Shown piece by piece: positions 34,797 through 45,000 of a stretch of 64,000 nucleotides of DNA. The stretch comes from Clostridiaceae bacterium BRH_c20a. Lineage in GTDB: Bacteria; Bacillota; Peptococcia; Peptococcales; BICA1-8. The DNA lies in the NCBI GenBank assembly GCA_000961765.1, contig LADT01000016.1:138210-202209 (forward strand), in the 5' to 3' direction. The notes under the pieces were generated by a model. The model did not search any database. It worked only from the letters and a program-made list of their open reading frames with translations, and had not been told where the DNA came from. Every line of letters starts with the position of its first letter. Position 1 is the first letter of the stretch. Position numbers and translations under genes: made by a program.

Positions 34797-35648
34797 ATGT
34801 CAAAAATTAAAATTGTAACTGATAGTACTGCTGATTTACCTTTAGATTTAATAAAACAATATGATATCACCGTGGTTCCTCTTGCCGTAAATTTTGGTAG
34901 TACGTCATATTTAGAGGGGACGGAAATTAGTCCTAAGGATTTTTATACTAAATTATCTGCAAGTGAGATATTACCTACTACATCACAACCATCACCAGGT
35001 GATTTTGCAACAGTTTTTAAAGAACTGGCAGAAAATGGGGCTGAGGAAATTGTTTCCATACATCTCTCTAGTAAATTGAGCGGTACTTATCAAAGTGCCT
35101 TATTGGGTAAATCTATGCTAGCTGATTCCATAAAGGTTAATGTATTTGACAGCCAAGTGGTTACTATGGGGTTGGGACTTATTGTGATTGCCGCCGCACG
35201 GGCAGCTAAGGAAGGAAATAATATTGAAGAAATATCCAGAATAATAACTGATTTACAATCAAAAATGAATATTTTCTTTGTAGTAGATACTTTAGAATAT
35301 TTACAAAAGGGTGGTAGAATTGGAAAGGCCAGTTCGGTAATGGGAGCATTATTAAATATTAAACCAATTTTAACTCTCGCTGATGGTGAAGTTCATCCAT
35401 ATGAAAAAGTCAGGGGTAAAGGAAAGGCCCTGGAGCGGTTGATCGAAATTGCTAACACTAATATCCCGTCAGACCAAAAAATCCAGTGTGCTATCGTTCA
35501 TAGCAGCTGCCTTGATACGGCGCTAAAATTACATGAAAAAGTTCTAGAACAATTTAATTGTACGGAAATATTTATTTCTGATATTGGTGCTGTAGTCGGC
35601 ACACATGTAGGACCAGGGACGATTGCATTGATATTTTATATTATTTAA
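34797..35648 (+). CDS. degV: DegV family fatty-acid-binding protein
   Basis: 'IKIVTDSTADLP', 'TSQPSPGDF', 'SSKLSGTYQSA' and 'LQKGGRIGKA'. Confidence 0.88.
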   Translation: MSKIKIVTDSTADLPLDLIKQYDITVVPLAVNFGSTSYLEGTEISPKDFYTKLSASEILPTTSQPSPGDFATVFKELAENGAEEIVSIHLSSKLSGTYQSALLGKSMLADSIKVNVFDSQVVTMGLGLIVIAAARAAKEGNNIEEISRIITDLQSKMNIFFVVDTLEYLQKGGRIGKASSVMGALLNIKPILTLADGEVHPYEKVRGKGKALERLIEIANTNIPSDQKIQCAIVHSSCLDTALKLHEKVLEQFNCTEIFISDIGAVVGTHVGPGTIALIFYII

Positions 35649-35656
35649 TTGATGTA

Positions 35657-35695
35657 AAATCTACGTATTTCCAAGTGAAATACGTAGATTTGTTT
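35657..35695 (+). terminator. Hairpin after degV
   Basis: 14-bp perfect stem aaatctacgtattt / aaatacgtagattt with a 7-nt loop. It lies inside the 5' extension of the next track ORF, which argues for the ATG at 35705. Confidence 0.7.
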
Positions 35696-35704
35696 GGGGG
35701 TAAA

Positions 35705-36520
35705 ATGGATAAAATTGGTCTTATTAGCTTTAATACTAGTATACAAACTAATAATGAAAACAACCTATTCCCGAAAAGTGGCAAAACCTTAGAAGCAATT
35801 GTTTTGAATAATTTAGAAAATGGATTATTGCTAAAAATAGGAAGTAGTGTGGTTACTGCCCAGACTGATTTGCGTTTCCCCAAAAATACTCAATTATCTT
35901 TAACAGTAGTAAGCCAAACCGATGAGAAGATTATGCTATCTTTAAAAAATGATTCTAGCTATTATAGCTTAGATGTTTTGGATATCTTGAAAAAAATAAA
36001 TCTAGGGGATTCCCCGGAGATAAGAATAATAATCAATAAGATGATTGAAAAAAAACTTAAGATTTCCAAGGTAAATATAGAATCTATTAGGCAGGTATTA
36101 GAAAATTTACCCTTAGAAGTAAAGGATTCTATAAATATATTGACAGATCCAACGCTATGTTTGGCTTTTTTAACAATTTTTGAACAAGAATCAGGTTTTT
36201 CCTTATTACTAAATCAAAATGAGAATATTGATAATAAGCATTCTTATATCGAGATTAATATTTTGTACAATTCTATCAACTTAGGTGACATTTTAATCAA
36301 TGTAATTTGGTGGGAAAAATTTAATATTCAATTTACCTGTGCATTAAAGTCCGGCTATTTACTTTTAGAAAGCAATTTATCAATGCTAAAGAGTATATTA
36401 AAAAGTTATAATATAAACACTGACGAATGCAAAATAATTTTGGATGATTCATTCCTAAAAGAAAAAGAATCTTTAAATAGTGACCAAACACAATTAAAAG
36501 GAATAGATGTAAGGATTTAG
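35705..36520 (+). CDS. Hypothetical protein (possibly FliK/YlqG-like partner of the FlhB-C-terminal-like gene)
   Basis: Long ORF immediately upstream of the ylqH-like gene. No diagnostic motif seen. Confidence 0.5.
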   Translation: MDKIGLISFNTSIQTNNENNLFPKSGKTLEAIVLNNLENGLLLKIGSSVVTAQTDLRFPKNTQLSLTVVSQTDEKIMLSLKNDSSYYSLDVLDILKKINLGDSPEIRIIINKMIEKKLKISKVNIESIRQVLENLPLEVKDSINILTDPTLCLAFLTIFEQESGFSLLLNQNENIDNKHSYIEINILYNSINLGDILINVIWWEKFNIQFTCALKSGYLLLESNLSMLKSILKSYNINTDECKIILDDSFLKEKESLNSDQTQLKGIDVRI

Positions 36521-36530
36521 GTGATAATAG

Positions 36531-36794
36531 ATGGATAAAACAAAAAAAGCAGTTGCATTAAAATATAATCCTTTTGAAAGCGCCCCCAAGGCAGTTGCTT
36601 TAGGAAAAGGTGAGATAGCTGAGAAAATTTTAGCTATTGCAGCTGAAAAAGGGATCCCAATAGTAATAAAACCAGAAGTAGTAGATCGACTAATCGACGT
36701 TGACCTAAATCAAGAAATTCCCCCTGAGCTGTATGAGGTAGTAGCAGAAATACTGGCATTTATCTATAAGCTAGATAAAAGGGTTCAAGAATAA
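36531..36794 (+). CDS. ylqH: FlhB/EscU C-terminal-domain-like protein (YlqH family)
   Basis: 87 aa. 'KAVALKYNP...APKAVALGKGEIAEKILAIAAEKGIPI' and 'PPELYEVVAEILAFIY'. Confidence 0.8.
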   Translation: MDKTKKAVALKYNPFESAPKAVALGKGEIAEKILAIAAEKGIPIVIKPEVVDRLIDVDLNQEIPPELYEVVAEILAFIYKLDKRVQE

Positions 36795-36807
36795 CTTGAA
36801 CCCTTTT
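36777..36807. terminator. Bidirectional terminator shared by ylqH (+) and the small zinc-ribbon ORF (-)
   Basis: 13-bp stem aaaagggttcaag / cttgaaccctttt with a 5-nt loop. Confidence 0.8.
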
Positions 36808-36815
36808 ATCTATGC

Positions 36816-36980
36816 CTATATTTGAATCATACTTGTTCCACAATCACAAGTTTTGGCATTAGATGATTTGTCTTTACAATTAGGACAGTAATAACTTCCA
36901 CTGGCAACCATAGAAGCACCACAACAAAAATCTGGTAGTCTGGTCTTCCTATGGCAAGCGGTACAGACATAACCTGCCAA
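36816..36980 (-). CDS. Small Cys-rich zinc-ribbon-like protein (54 aa, TTG start); absent from the supplied ORF track
   Basis: My translation is 'LAGYVCTACHRKTRLPDFCCGASMVASGSYYCPNCKDKSSNAKTCDCGTSMIQI*'. An AAGGAGG lies 8 nt upstream of the TTG. The terminator follows directly. Confidence 0.55.
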   Translation of the reverse strand: MAGYVCTACHRKTRLPDFCCGASMVASGSYYCPNCKDKSSNAKTCDCGTSMIQI

Positions 36981-37092
36981 GAAAATCGCCTCCTTAAGTA
37001 TTATAAGATTATTCTTACCATTTTTTGCAAAATGTAATCTTGTCTAAAAATCTCATTTATTTGCAGATAATAAAAGAGGGGGTGAAGTACAA

Positions 37093-38244
37093 ATGCTTAA
37101 CAGGAAACATTATCAAATTATTTTTTGGACATCTTCTATTATTATTTTAATCTTTACGGGATGTTTTGGCAGCCCTCAAGGCAAACCCGAGATTAAACCA
37201 AAGATTAAAGTTGGTTTAGTATTAGCTGAAACTACTACAGAGAGGAATCAATATCTTCTTGCAAAAATTAAAGAGAGTGCTAAAAGCCAGAATATAAAAA
37301 TAATAGAGGGTGATTCTAAAAATAATTCTGAACAACAAAAAAAACAAATAGAAAAAATGATCACCGAAAAGGTTGAAGTTGTGATAATGCAACCAATAAA
37401 CTCCGATGCTGCTAAAGATTTTATTAGTATGCTAGAAGAACAAAATATAAAAATTATTGTAATTGACCTGCTCCCGGAGAATGTTTCTGTTGATGCTTTT
37501 ATTGCACCCGATTATGTAAGGGCTGGAGAATTGCAAGCTCAATACATTTTAAGCCAAGGGATAGAGTTAAATCCTTTAATATTAACGGGTGAACCGAATA
37601 GTGTTTCTGGAATTATATTACCAGGAAATATAAATCAATTAAAAAATAGTCCATTTGTGAAGGGTATGGTTGTGAAAGAAGTTCCTGATCAGAGTGATAT
37701 TAAAGCTTATGAGATTTCCAAAAGTGAATATAGTAAAAATTCACCAAACACAATCATTTCACACTATGAACAATATACTTCTGGAATAATGAAATTTTTA
37801 AAAGAGACAAAGCTAGAAAAAAAGGTGACGTTTGTTACTATGGATATTAATAAAGAATCTCTTAAGGATATAAAGGAAGGAAATCTAATAGCTGTAGACA
37901 CAATGCCTAATTTGCTTGCACAAGTAATTTTAGAAACGACAGATAGTTTATTAAAGACCGATAGCTGGAAATATGATATGCAAATAAATAATGGCACAGC
38001 CCTTGTTCCTGCAAAATATACTCCAGTCAGAATTATTAATACCGATAATCTATATTTATTAAACGAAAGGTTTTCTGAATTAGAAGAACTTATAAATAGT
38101 AATCAAAAAACACCAGAGAAACAAGAAACAAATAGTGAAAAAGAAAATAAACAAACTAAATTAAAGATTAAAACTAATGATGGAAAAGAATATGAAGTGA
38201 CAATTCCTGGGGAAATAGAAAAAATTGAAATGATGCCTGAATAA
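37093..38244 (+). CDS. Lipoprotein with a periplasmic-binding-protein (sugar-binding/LacI-type) fold; orphan, with no adjacent ABC components
   Basis: Lipobox 'FTGCFG'. 'KVGLVLAETTTERNQYL...VVIMQPINSDAA...IIVIDLLP' pattern. Lys/Glu-rich C-terminal tail. Confidence 0.6.
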   Translation: MLNRKHYQIIFWTSSIIILIFTGCFGSPQGKPEIKPKIKVGLVLAETTTERNQYLLAKIKESAKSQNIKIIEGDSKNNSEQQKKQIEKMITEKVEVVIMQPINSDAAKDFISMLEEQNIKIIVIDLLPENVSVDAFIAPDYVRAGELQAQYILSQGIELNPLILTGEPNSVSGIILPGNINQLKNSPFVKGMVVKEVPDQSDIKAYEISKSEYSKNSPNTIISHYEQYTSGIMKFLKETKLEKKVTFVTMDINKESLKDIKEGNLIAVDTMPNLLAQVILETTDSLLKTDSWKYDMQINNGTALVPAKYTPVRIINTDNLYLLNERFSELEELINSNQKTPEKQETNSEKENKQTKLKIKTNDGKEYEVTIPGEIEKIEMMPE

Positions 38245-38309
38245 AAACAAAATAGAAAGTGTTGGTCTGAATGTGTTATAGTATTAGGAGTATAGAGGGG
38301 AGATAAAAA

Positions 38310-38777
38310 TTGTTTAACATTGTCTTGGTTGAACCAGAAATTCCTGCTAATACGGGTAATATTGTTCGTACATGTGCAGTTACACATTGTAATTTGCATT
38401 TAGTTAGACCATTGGGTTTTTCTATTGAAGATAAACATCTTAAAAGAGCTGGATTAGATTATTGGAATTTGTTAAATATCAAGATTTATGAAAATCTCGA
38501 TGACTTTTTTATGCAAAACGTAAATATTGATTTTTATCTTGCTACTACAAAGGGTAAGTCTCTTTATACAGAAAAGGATTATAAGCCAGATTGTTTCTTT
38601 CTTTTTGGCAAAGAAACAAAGGGGTTGCCCGATGAACTATTGGCTAAAGAAAGGAATAAATGTATAAAGGTACCTATGCTTAGTAATAAAAATGCCCGAT
38701 CCTTAAATTTATCCAATTCTGTGGCAATAATTCTTTATGAGGCACTTAGACAAAATAATTTTATGGGCATGAAATAA
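38310..38777 (+). CDS. trmL: tRNA (cytidine/uridine(34)-2'-O)-methyltransferase, SpoU/TrmL family
   Basis: 'IVLVEPEIPANTGNIVRTC', 'FLFGKETKGLP' and 'RSLNLSNSVAIILYEALRQ'. Confidence 0.88.
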   Translation: MFNIVLVEPEIPANTGNIVRTCAVTHCNLHLVRPLGFSIEDKHLKRAGLDYWNLLNIKIYENLDDFFMQNVNIDFYLATTKGKSLYTEKDYKPDCFFLFGKETKGLPDELLAKERNKCIKVPMLSNKNARSLNLSNSVAIILYEALRQNNFMGMK

Positions 38778-38828
38778 ATTGGATATTAAAAAACCTACCT
38801 GTTTTAGACAGATAGGTTTTAATATTGC

Positions 38829-38903
38829 TGGTACGCCCGAGAGGAATCGAACCTCCGCTCCTGGCTCCGGAGGCCAGTGCTCTATCCACTGAGCTACGGG
38901 CGC
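38829..38903 (-). tRNA. tRNA-Arg (anticodon CCG)
   Basis: Reverse complement: acceptor gcgcccg/cgggcgt, anticodon arm ctggc-ctCCGga-gccag. CCA encoded. Confidence 0.9.
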
Positions 38904-39008
38904 TTATAGACACTAATATATTTTACTAAATTTCCTGTTTAATGTCAAAGGAAATATTTATTATTCTTAGGTGCTTACCTATTTTTAAAATATCTTAGGA
39001 GGTTAAAA

Positions 39009-40253
39009 ATGAAAAGTCAAATAAAAGATCTAAATCTTGCATCAAAAGGAGAAGAAAAGATTAGTTGGGTTAAAAGCCATATGCCTGTTTTGAATTTAAT
39101 TAATCAGGAGTTTTCTAAAAGCAAACCTTTTAAAGGAAAACGAGTTGTAATTTGTTTGCATTTGGAAGCAAAGACTGGTTATTTGGCACAAGTAATTCAA
39201 GCTGGCGGTGCAGAAGTAGCTGTTGTTGCCAGTAATCCCTTGTCAACACAGGATGACGTTGTTGCAGCTTTGGTTGATAGTGGCATAACAGCTTTTGCTT
39301 GGCATGGAGCAACTAGCGAAGAATACCATGAACATCTTGACTCTGCTGTAAAATTTGAGCCTAATTTAATTATTGATGATGGCGGGGATTTAGTAGCTTT
39401 AATACATAGTAAATATCCACAATTACTAAAAAATGTCATAGGCGGCTGTGAAGAGACTACAACGGGAATTTTAAGATTACGCTCCCTAGAAAGAGAAGGT
39501 ATTCTGCAAATTCCAATGATTGCCGTAAATGATGCTTTATCAAAATACCTTTTTGATAACCGCTATGGTACAGGACAGTCTGTATGGGATGGAATAATGA
39601 GAACTACAAATCTTGTTGTTTCTGGAAAAACTGTAGTAGTTATTGGATATGGGTGGTGTGGTAAAGGGGTAGCTTTAAGAGCAAAAGGTTTAGGAGCAAA
39701 TGTTATAATTTGTGAAATTGATCCTATTAAAGCAATAGAAGCTCTAATGGATGGCTTTAGGGTAATGCCTATGCTAGAAGCAGCACCTCTGGGCGATTTC
39801 TTTATTACAGTAACAGGCAATAAAAATGTAATTAGACAAGAGCATTTGGAAGTAATAAATAATAATGCAATCTTGGCCAATGCCGGTCATTTTGATATAG
39901 AAATATCAAAACCTGACCTAGAAAAAGCTACCTTAGATAATAGGAAAGTAAAAACTAATATTCAAGAGTATACTTTTAGTGATGGACGAAAGGTATTTTT
40001 GTTAGCGGAAGGCCGTTTAGTCAATTTAGCTGCAGGTGATGGTCACCCCGCAGAAATAATGGATATGACTTTTGCACTACAGGCTTTATCTTTGGAGTAT
40101 TTAACTCAAAATAACTCACTAGAAAATAAAGTATATAAAGTGACAAAGGAAATTGATGAAAGGGTAGCTATTTTAAGACTAGCTTCACTAGGTATTGAAA
40201 TTGATAAATTATCTCCTGAACAGGAAGCTTATTTAGATAATTGGCAATTTTAA
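39009..40253 (+). CDS. ahcY: Adenosylhomocysteinase
   Basis: 414 aa. 'CLHLEAKTG', 'DDGGDL', 'EETTTG' and 'VIGYGWCGKGVA' (NAD site). Confidence 0.93.
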   Translation: MKSQIKDLNLASKGEEKISWVKSHMPVLNLINQEFSKSKPFKGKRVVICLHLEAKTGYLAQVIQAGGAEVAVVASNPLSTQDDVVAALVDSGITAFAWHGATSEEYHEHLDSAVKFEPNLIIDDGGDLVALIHSKYPQLLKNVIGGCEETTTGILRLRSLEREGILQIPMIAVNDALSKYLFDNRYGTGQSVWDGIMRTTNLVVSGKTVVVIGYGWCGKGVALRAKGLGANVIICEIDPIKAIEALMDGFRVMPMLEAAPLGDFFITVTGNKNVIRQEHLEVINNNAILANAGHFDIEISKPDLEKATLDNRKVKTNIQEYTFSDGRKVFLLAEGRLVNLAAGDGHPAEIMDMTFALQALSLEYLTQNNSLENKVYKVTKEIDERVAILRLASLGIEIDKLSPEQEAYLDNWQF

Positions 40254-40265
40254 CTCAAGATTAAG

Positions 40266-43022
40266 GTGGGATTAAGTTTGCAGGATTTAACTTTTGTCGC
40301 AATTGATATTGAAACAACTGGCTTTAAGCAAGATGCTGAAATAATTGAAATTGGATTGGTAAAAGTCGTAAACAATAAAATTGCAGACAGATACCAAAAG
40401 TTAATTAAGCCTGTAAATATAATTCCCGAAGAAATCACTCTTTTAACAGGGATTAGTAATGAAATGGTTACCAATAAACCCTCATGGTCTGAAATTGAAA
40501 TAGAAATTTTAAATTTTATTGGTGGTTATGTTTTAGTAGCCCATAATGTTAATTTCGATAAAGGCTTTTTAGATAGGAATCTGGGATTTAATATCCCAAA
40601 TTTATGGATAGATACTTGGGATTTGGCTAAAATTACTTTGCCCCTTTTGCCTAGTTATCAGTTATCATATTTGGTCAATGTTTTAAATATCAAAAAACTC
40701 TTATTTCATAAGGCTATAAATGATGCGGAAATGACAGCGGCAATTTTTGGTTTATTAACAGAAGAACTCTCTAAATTATCTCCTTTTGTTTTAAATAATA
40801 TAACAAACTTGTTAACTGATGATACAAATGGTTTGGGATTAATTTTAAAAAAAGTTCAGAAAAAGAATGTTTCTGACTTTTGGCTAGATAATAAGAGGTC
40901 TTGGGAGGAAGATGTTCAAGAAGAATCAAATATAAAATATTCCTTTGATGATGCAGAAATGTTTTTTACCCACGATGGCATATTAAGTTTGAAATTTAGT
41001 AATTATGAATTCCGACCTCAACAGCATGATATGTTTAAAACTATCAGAGATGCTTTCAATCAAAATTATCATGCAATCATTGAGGCTGCTACCGGGACTG
41101 GTAAAAGTCTGGCTTATTTAATACCTGCTTTGCTTTGGTCCAATGAAAAGCAATATAGAGTAGTAATCTCAACAAATACAATAGCACTTCAGGAGCAGCT
41201 TTTCAAATATGATATCCCTTCTATAGAGAATTGTCTTGGCTGTAAATTTCGTGTCTCAATTGTTAAAGGCAGAAATAATTATGTATGTTTAAGACGATTT
41301 TACATTCTTGCAAAAGATAGCAATGTCTTAAATTGGCAGGAGAAAGTTTTTCTGGCTCAAATATATAACTGGCTAGATATTACTGATACTGGAGACAAAG
41401 AAGAGATTAATTTAAACAATTACGAAAATGAACTTTGGCTCCAAATTTCAAGTCAAATAGAAACATGTGTAGGCGGGAAGTGCAGTTTTTCTAAAAAATG
41501 CTATTATTTAAAGAATAGACGAGAAGCTGAGAAGAGTAATCTAATAATTACCAACCACTCACTACTTTTAAAGGATATTATAAGAGATAATAAGATATTA
41601 CCCCAATATGACTATCTTATTATAGATGAGGCTCATAACTTAGAAGATGAAGCCTTAAAACAATTCTCAAGCGAGGTCAACTTTAGATATTTAAAAAAAA
41701 TATTGAATCAACTTGCTAAAGGGAAAAATAACAATTCGCTATATCAGTTATTATATTATTCAAATGAACACCTATCAGAAATAGGATTAGCTAATTTAAT
41801 AGCTGCAATTAAACAGGAAGCATTACTACTAAGTTCAATGCTGGATGATTGTATTAGGTTAGCACAAAGTCAAGAACAATCGTTATTAGGTGAATTAAGA
41901 ATCACTGAAAATGAGAGATATACCCAATGGTGGAATAATTTTAATCTATTCCTAGAAAATATTGCTAACTATTTAACCTCCTTAATTCACAAAATTAATA
42001 GTTTTGTATGCCAAATGGAAGCTTTTGAAGATTTTGAGGAAATATATAAAGAGCTTCGCTTTCAAATATCACTTTTGAATGAAAATAAAGATGTAATCAA
42101 AAATTTTATTATTGGAAAAGAAGAGGAAAAAGTTTATTGGTTACAAATAAATAAGGATAACTTAATATTAATTATTACACCCTTTAATATTGCAAATATC
42201 CTAGGAAAAAAGCTTTTTAAGCTTAAAAAGTCTGCAATCTTAACATCAGCAACACTTGCTGTTAATAGTAATTTTGATCATATAATAAACATGTATGGCA
42301 TAGAAAAGTTAAGAACGCTAACTGGGATTTTTGATTCTCCATTCAACTACCAGACACAATCAATAATATGTATACCTACCGATCTTCCAGAACCTTCAAA
42401 TATAACTGATAATGAGTATATAAATTATGTTGCTGATAGCTTGCTAACATTGATCCCAGCAATTAGTGGAGGTATATTAATTTTATTTACTTCATATCAC
42501 ATGCTAAATAGTGTGTATAAGTACTTAAAAAGAGAAGAGTATCAATTAAATAAAGAAATTTTAGCCCATGGAAGTGGAGGAAGTAGAAAGACTCTAATAG
42601 AGACATTAAAAAAATATCCCAATAAAACCGTTATTTTAGGTACTAATAGTTTTTGGGAAGGTATAGATATTCAAGGCCTAGGGTTAACAGCTGTTGTTAT
42701 TGTTAAACTTCCCTTTGCCCCTCCAAGCAGACCGGTAATTGCAGCCAAATTAGAATTATTTGAAAAAAATAAACAAAATAGTTTTTATAAGTATAGTTTA
42801 CCTTCTGCTATTTTGAGATTTCGGCAGGGATTTGGAAGACTGATTAGAAGTGGTAAAGATTGGGGGACCCTTATTATCTTAGATAAAAGAGTATTAACAA
42901 AAAAATATGGAGTGAATTTTATTAAGTCTCTTCCCAAACAACCTATTATTACCGATGATCTAAATATAATAGCTAGCCGGCTATCGGAGTGGATGAAAAA
43001 TAAAAACACTAGTTCGTTATGA
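40266..43022 (+). CDS. dinG: DinG-family ATP-dependent helicase with an N-terminal DnaQ-like 3'-5' exonuclease domain
   Basis: Exo motifs 'FVAIDIETTG', 'AHNVNFD' and 'HKAINDAEMTA'. Walker A 'EAATGTGKSLAYL'. 'IIDEAHNLED'. C-terminal 'FWEGIDI'. Confidence 0.9.
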   Translation: MGLSLQDLTFVAIDIETTGFKQDAEIIEIGLVKVVNNKIADRYQKLIKPVNIIPEEITLLTGISNEMVTNKPSWSEIEIEILNFIGGYVLVAHNVNFDKGFLDRNLGFNIPNLWIDTWDLAKITLPLLPSYQLSYLVNVLNIKKLLFHKAINDAEMTAAIFGLLTEELSKLSPFVLNNITNLLTDDTNGLGLILKKVQKKNVSDFWLDNKRSWEEDVQEESNIKYSFDDAEMFFTHDGILSLKFSNYEFRPQQHDMFKTIRDAFNQNYHAIIEAATGTGKSLAYLIPALLWSNEKQYRVVISTNTIALQEQLFKYDIPSIENCLGCKFRVSIVKGRNNYVCLRRFYILAKDSNVLNWQEKVFLAQIYNWLDITDTGDKEEINLNNYENELWLQISSQIETCVGGKCSFSKKCYYLKNRREAEKSNLIITNHSLLLKDIIRDNKILPQYDYLIIDEAHNLEDEALKQFSSEVNFRYLKKILNQLAKGKNNNSLYQLLYYSNEHLSEIGLANLIAAIKQEALLLSSMLDDCIRLAQSQEQSLLGELRITENERYTQWWNNFNLFLENIANYLTSLIHKINSFVCQMEAFEDFEEIYKELRFQISLLNENKDVIKNFIIGKEEEKVYWLQINKDNLILIITPFNIANILGKKLFKLKKSAILTSATLAVNSNFDHIINMYGIEKLRTLTGIFDSPFNYQTQSIICIPTDLPEPSNITDNEYINYVADSLLTLIPAISGGILILFTSYHMLNSVYKYLKREEYQLNKEILAHGSGGSRKTLIETLKKYPNKTVILGTNSFWEGIDIQGLGLTAVVIVKLPFAPPSRPVIAAKLELFEKNKQNSFYKYSLPSAILRFRQGFGRLIRSGKDWGTLIILDKRVLTKKYGVNFIKSLPKQPIITDDLNIIASRLSEWMKNKNTSSL

Positions 43023-43103
43023 AATAACTTTTAAATTAACATAAAAGATGATAAAATACATTATCTGAAGCATTATAACTTCTGCAAGACAGGGAGGAAA
43101 CCC

Positions 43104-43610
43104 ATGAGCAAAAAAGTTATTATTCCTAATATAGTTACTTTAGCTAATTTATTATTAGGTATAGTTTCTCTTATTTATACAATGGATTCAAAATATCAAT
43201 TAGCAGCCATCGCAATTCTTCTAGCTATGGTTCTAGATGGTATGGATGGTAAAATTGCCAGGAAATTAGATGTAACCTCAAACTTTGGAAAAGAACTAGA
43301 TTCTTTGTGTGACCTAGTTTCTTTTGGTGTTGCACCCGCACTTTTAGTTTATAGCAGCATTCTGCAAGATATGGGCCATATCGGTCTTATTATTGCTGTT
43401 ATTTTTGCATTATGTGGGGCAGTAAGATTAGCTAGATTTAATGTATTAAATATTACAACCCACTTTATCGGTGTGCCTATACCTTTTGCCGGTAGTTTAA
43501 TGGCTTTAGCAATATTATTATCCGACAAAATACCCGCTATTGTTTTTCCTTTACTAACAATTCTACTTTCCTATTTAATGGTCAGTAATTTAAAAGTACC
43601 TAAATATTAG
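43104..43610 (+). CDS. pssA: CDP-diacylglycerol--serine O-phosphatidyltransferase (CDP-alcohol phosphatidyltransferase family)
   Basis: 'DGMDGKIARKLDVTSNFGKELDSLCD' matches DGx2ARx8Gx3Dx3D. Confidence 0.85.
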   Translation: MSKKVIIPNIVTLANLLLGIVSLIYTMDSKYQLAAIAILLAMVLDGMDGKIARKLDVTSNFGKELDSLCDLVSFGVAPALLVYSSILQDMGHIGLIIAVIFALCGAVRLARFNVLNITTHFIGVPIPFAGSLMALAILLSDKIPAIVFPLLTILLSYLMVSNLKVPKY

Positions 43611-43640
43611 AAAAAAGATGGCGCTGAGCCATCTTTTTTT
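43611..43640 (+). terminator. Terminator after pssA
   Basis: aagatggc / gccatctt stem followed by a T7 run. Confidence 0.85.
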
Positions 43641-43703
43641 GTTCTAATCGTAATTAATTATACATATGTTTTAGCAAAGTAAAGGACAAGCAGGTATTAA
43701 AAA

Positions 43704-44327
43704 ATGGAAATAATGATTTCATTTGCGCTAGGTTTTTTTCTCAACGAAGGGAGAATTCTTTTTAAAATATTCGGCAAAAATTTAGATTATATAAAAAATA
43801 AAGTTATTATGCAAGAATTGGGTTTCAGTTATTTTTTATTATGTATTTTCTTAAACTTTAGTAAGGGATTTCTACCTATTGTTATTTTTTCGCAAAATAA
43901 TACAGATATTCACAATGCTTTTCTCGCTTGCAGTATTTTATTTGGTGTTTATTTAGGTTCTAAACCTGTTAAAACAGAAGGCAGCGAGTTGGTAGCTTTA
44001 ATAGGTATAATTTCTGGATGTATTTTAGAATCTATACAAATTTTTGCAGCTATCCTAATAAGTTTATTATTAATATTAAAGAATTTTAAAATCTCCCTTA
44101 CTATTGCCATGGTTTATTATTTAATAGTAATATTTCAAATAAATATATTTCTATTTATTATAGTAATAATAATTTTGGTTAATTATGCCATCTATAATGT
44201 TGCACTTTTTTCATCTCATATAAATACAATGAAAGAGAAAATTATCTTTCTTTTAATTAAAGGGGTGAGAGGTTGTTATGAAAGTATATTATATTCCATT
44301 ACCAAATTTTTTAAGAAAAGCTTTTAA
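43704..44327 (+). CDS. Hypothetical integral membrane protein
   Basis: 207 aa, several hydrophobic segments. No motif recognised. Confidence 0.5.
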   Translation: MEIMISFALGFFLNEGRILFKIFGKNLDYIKNKVIMQELGFSYFLLCIFLNFSKGFLPIVIFSQNNTDIHNAFLACSILFGVYLGSKPVKTEGSELVALIGIISGCILESIQIFAAILISLLLILKNFKISLTIAMVYYLIVIFQINIFLFIIVIIILVNYAIYNVALFSSHINTMKEKIIFLLIKGVRGCYESILYSITKFFKKSF

Positions 44328-44391
44328 AAAAGTAATTAAATAATAATAAAATTAAAAATAAAAAAGAGGAGCTTGAATCTCCTCGCAAAAA

Positions 44392-44766
44392 TTAATGATT
44401 TGATAGACCTATGCCAATCACACCTCCTAAAGCACCGCCAATGAAGGTATAGGTTATTTTTTTTGCAAATAAAAACCAAGAAAATGGGTCAGTTGAAATA
44501 AGTAAACTTAAAATAAGAGAAAAAGTTAAAAAGAGAAGACCTACCACTAAGCCATGTATTAGCCCACTATTTCCAGCATGTCTTGCAGAAATTGTACTTC
44601 CCAATAATATGCTTATAAAAAATATTAAAGTTGCAAAAGAAGGCAGCAGAGCTTCTGAGACAGATGTAAAGTATAAAAGTAAGGTTATAATTAAGGACAG
44701 AATTACAGAAATTAAAAGAGCCCAGGTGAATCCTCTAATAATCGAATTTACTTTTATGAAGTCCAT
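44392..44766 (-). CDS. Small membrane protein (TIGR04086/YrzE-like)
   Basis: 124 aa with four predicted TM helices and a Gly-rich C-terminus 'GGALGGVIGIG'. Confidence 0.6.
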   Translation of the reverse strand: MDFIKVNSIIRGFTWALLISVILSLIITLLLYFTSVSEALLPSFATLIFFISILLGSTISARHAGNSGLIHGLVVGLLFLTFSLILSLLISTDPFSWFLFAKKITYTFIGGALGGVIGIGLSNH

Positions 44767-45000
44767 GAATTTCCTCCTCCTTTTCGTACTATTGTTTTAT
44801 TAAAATTTATGCCACTTTAAAGTAAATATGATAATTAATTAATACAAAAAATTAACACAAAAACTGAGAATTTAAAAGAAATAAGAGAGAAAATGATGGA
44901 ATTAAACTAACATAAAAGGAAGGAAATGGAATATATTTATAGAATTTAGAAGATATGCTTATCTATTATCTAATTAATCTTAAAAGAAAGGGGATAAGTC

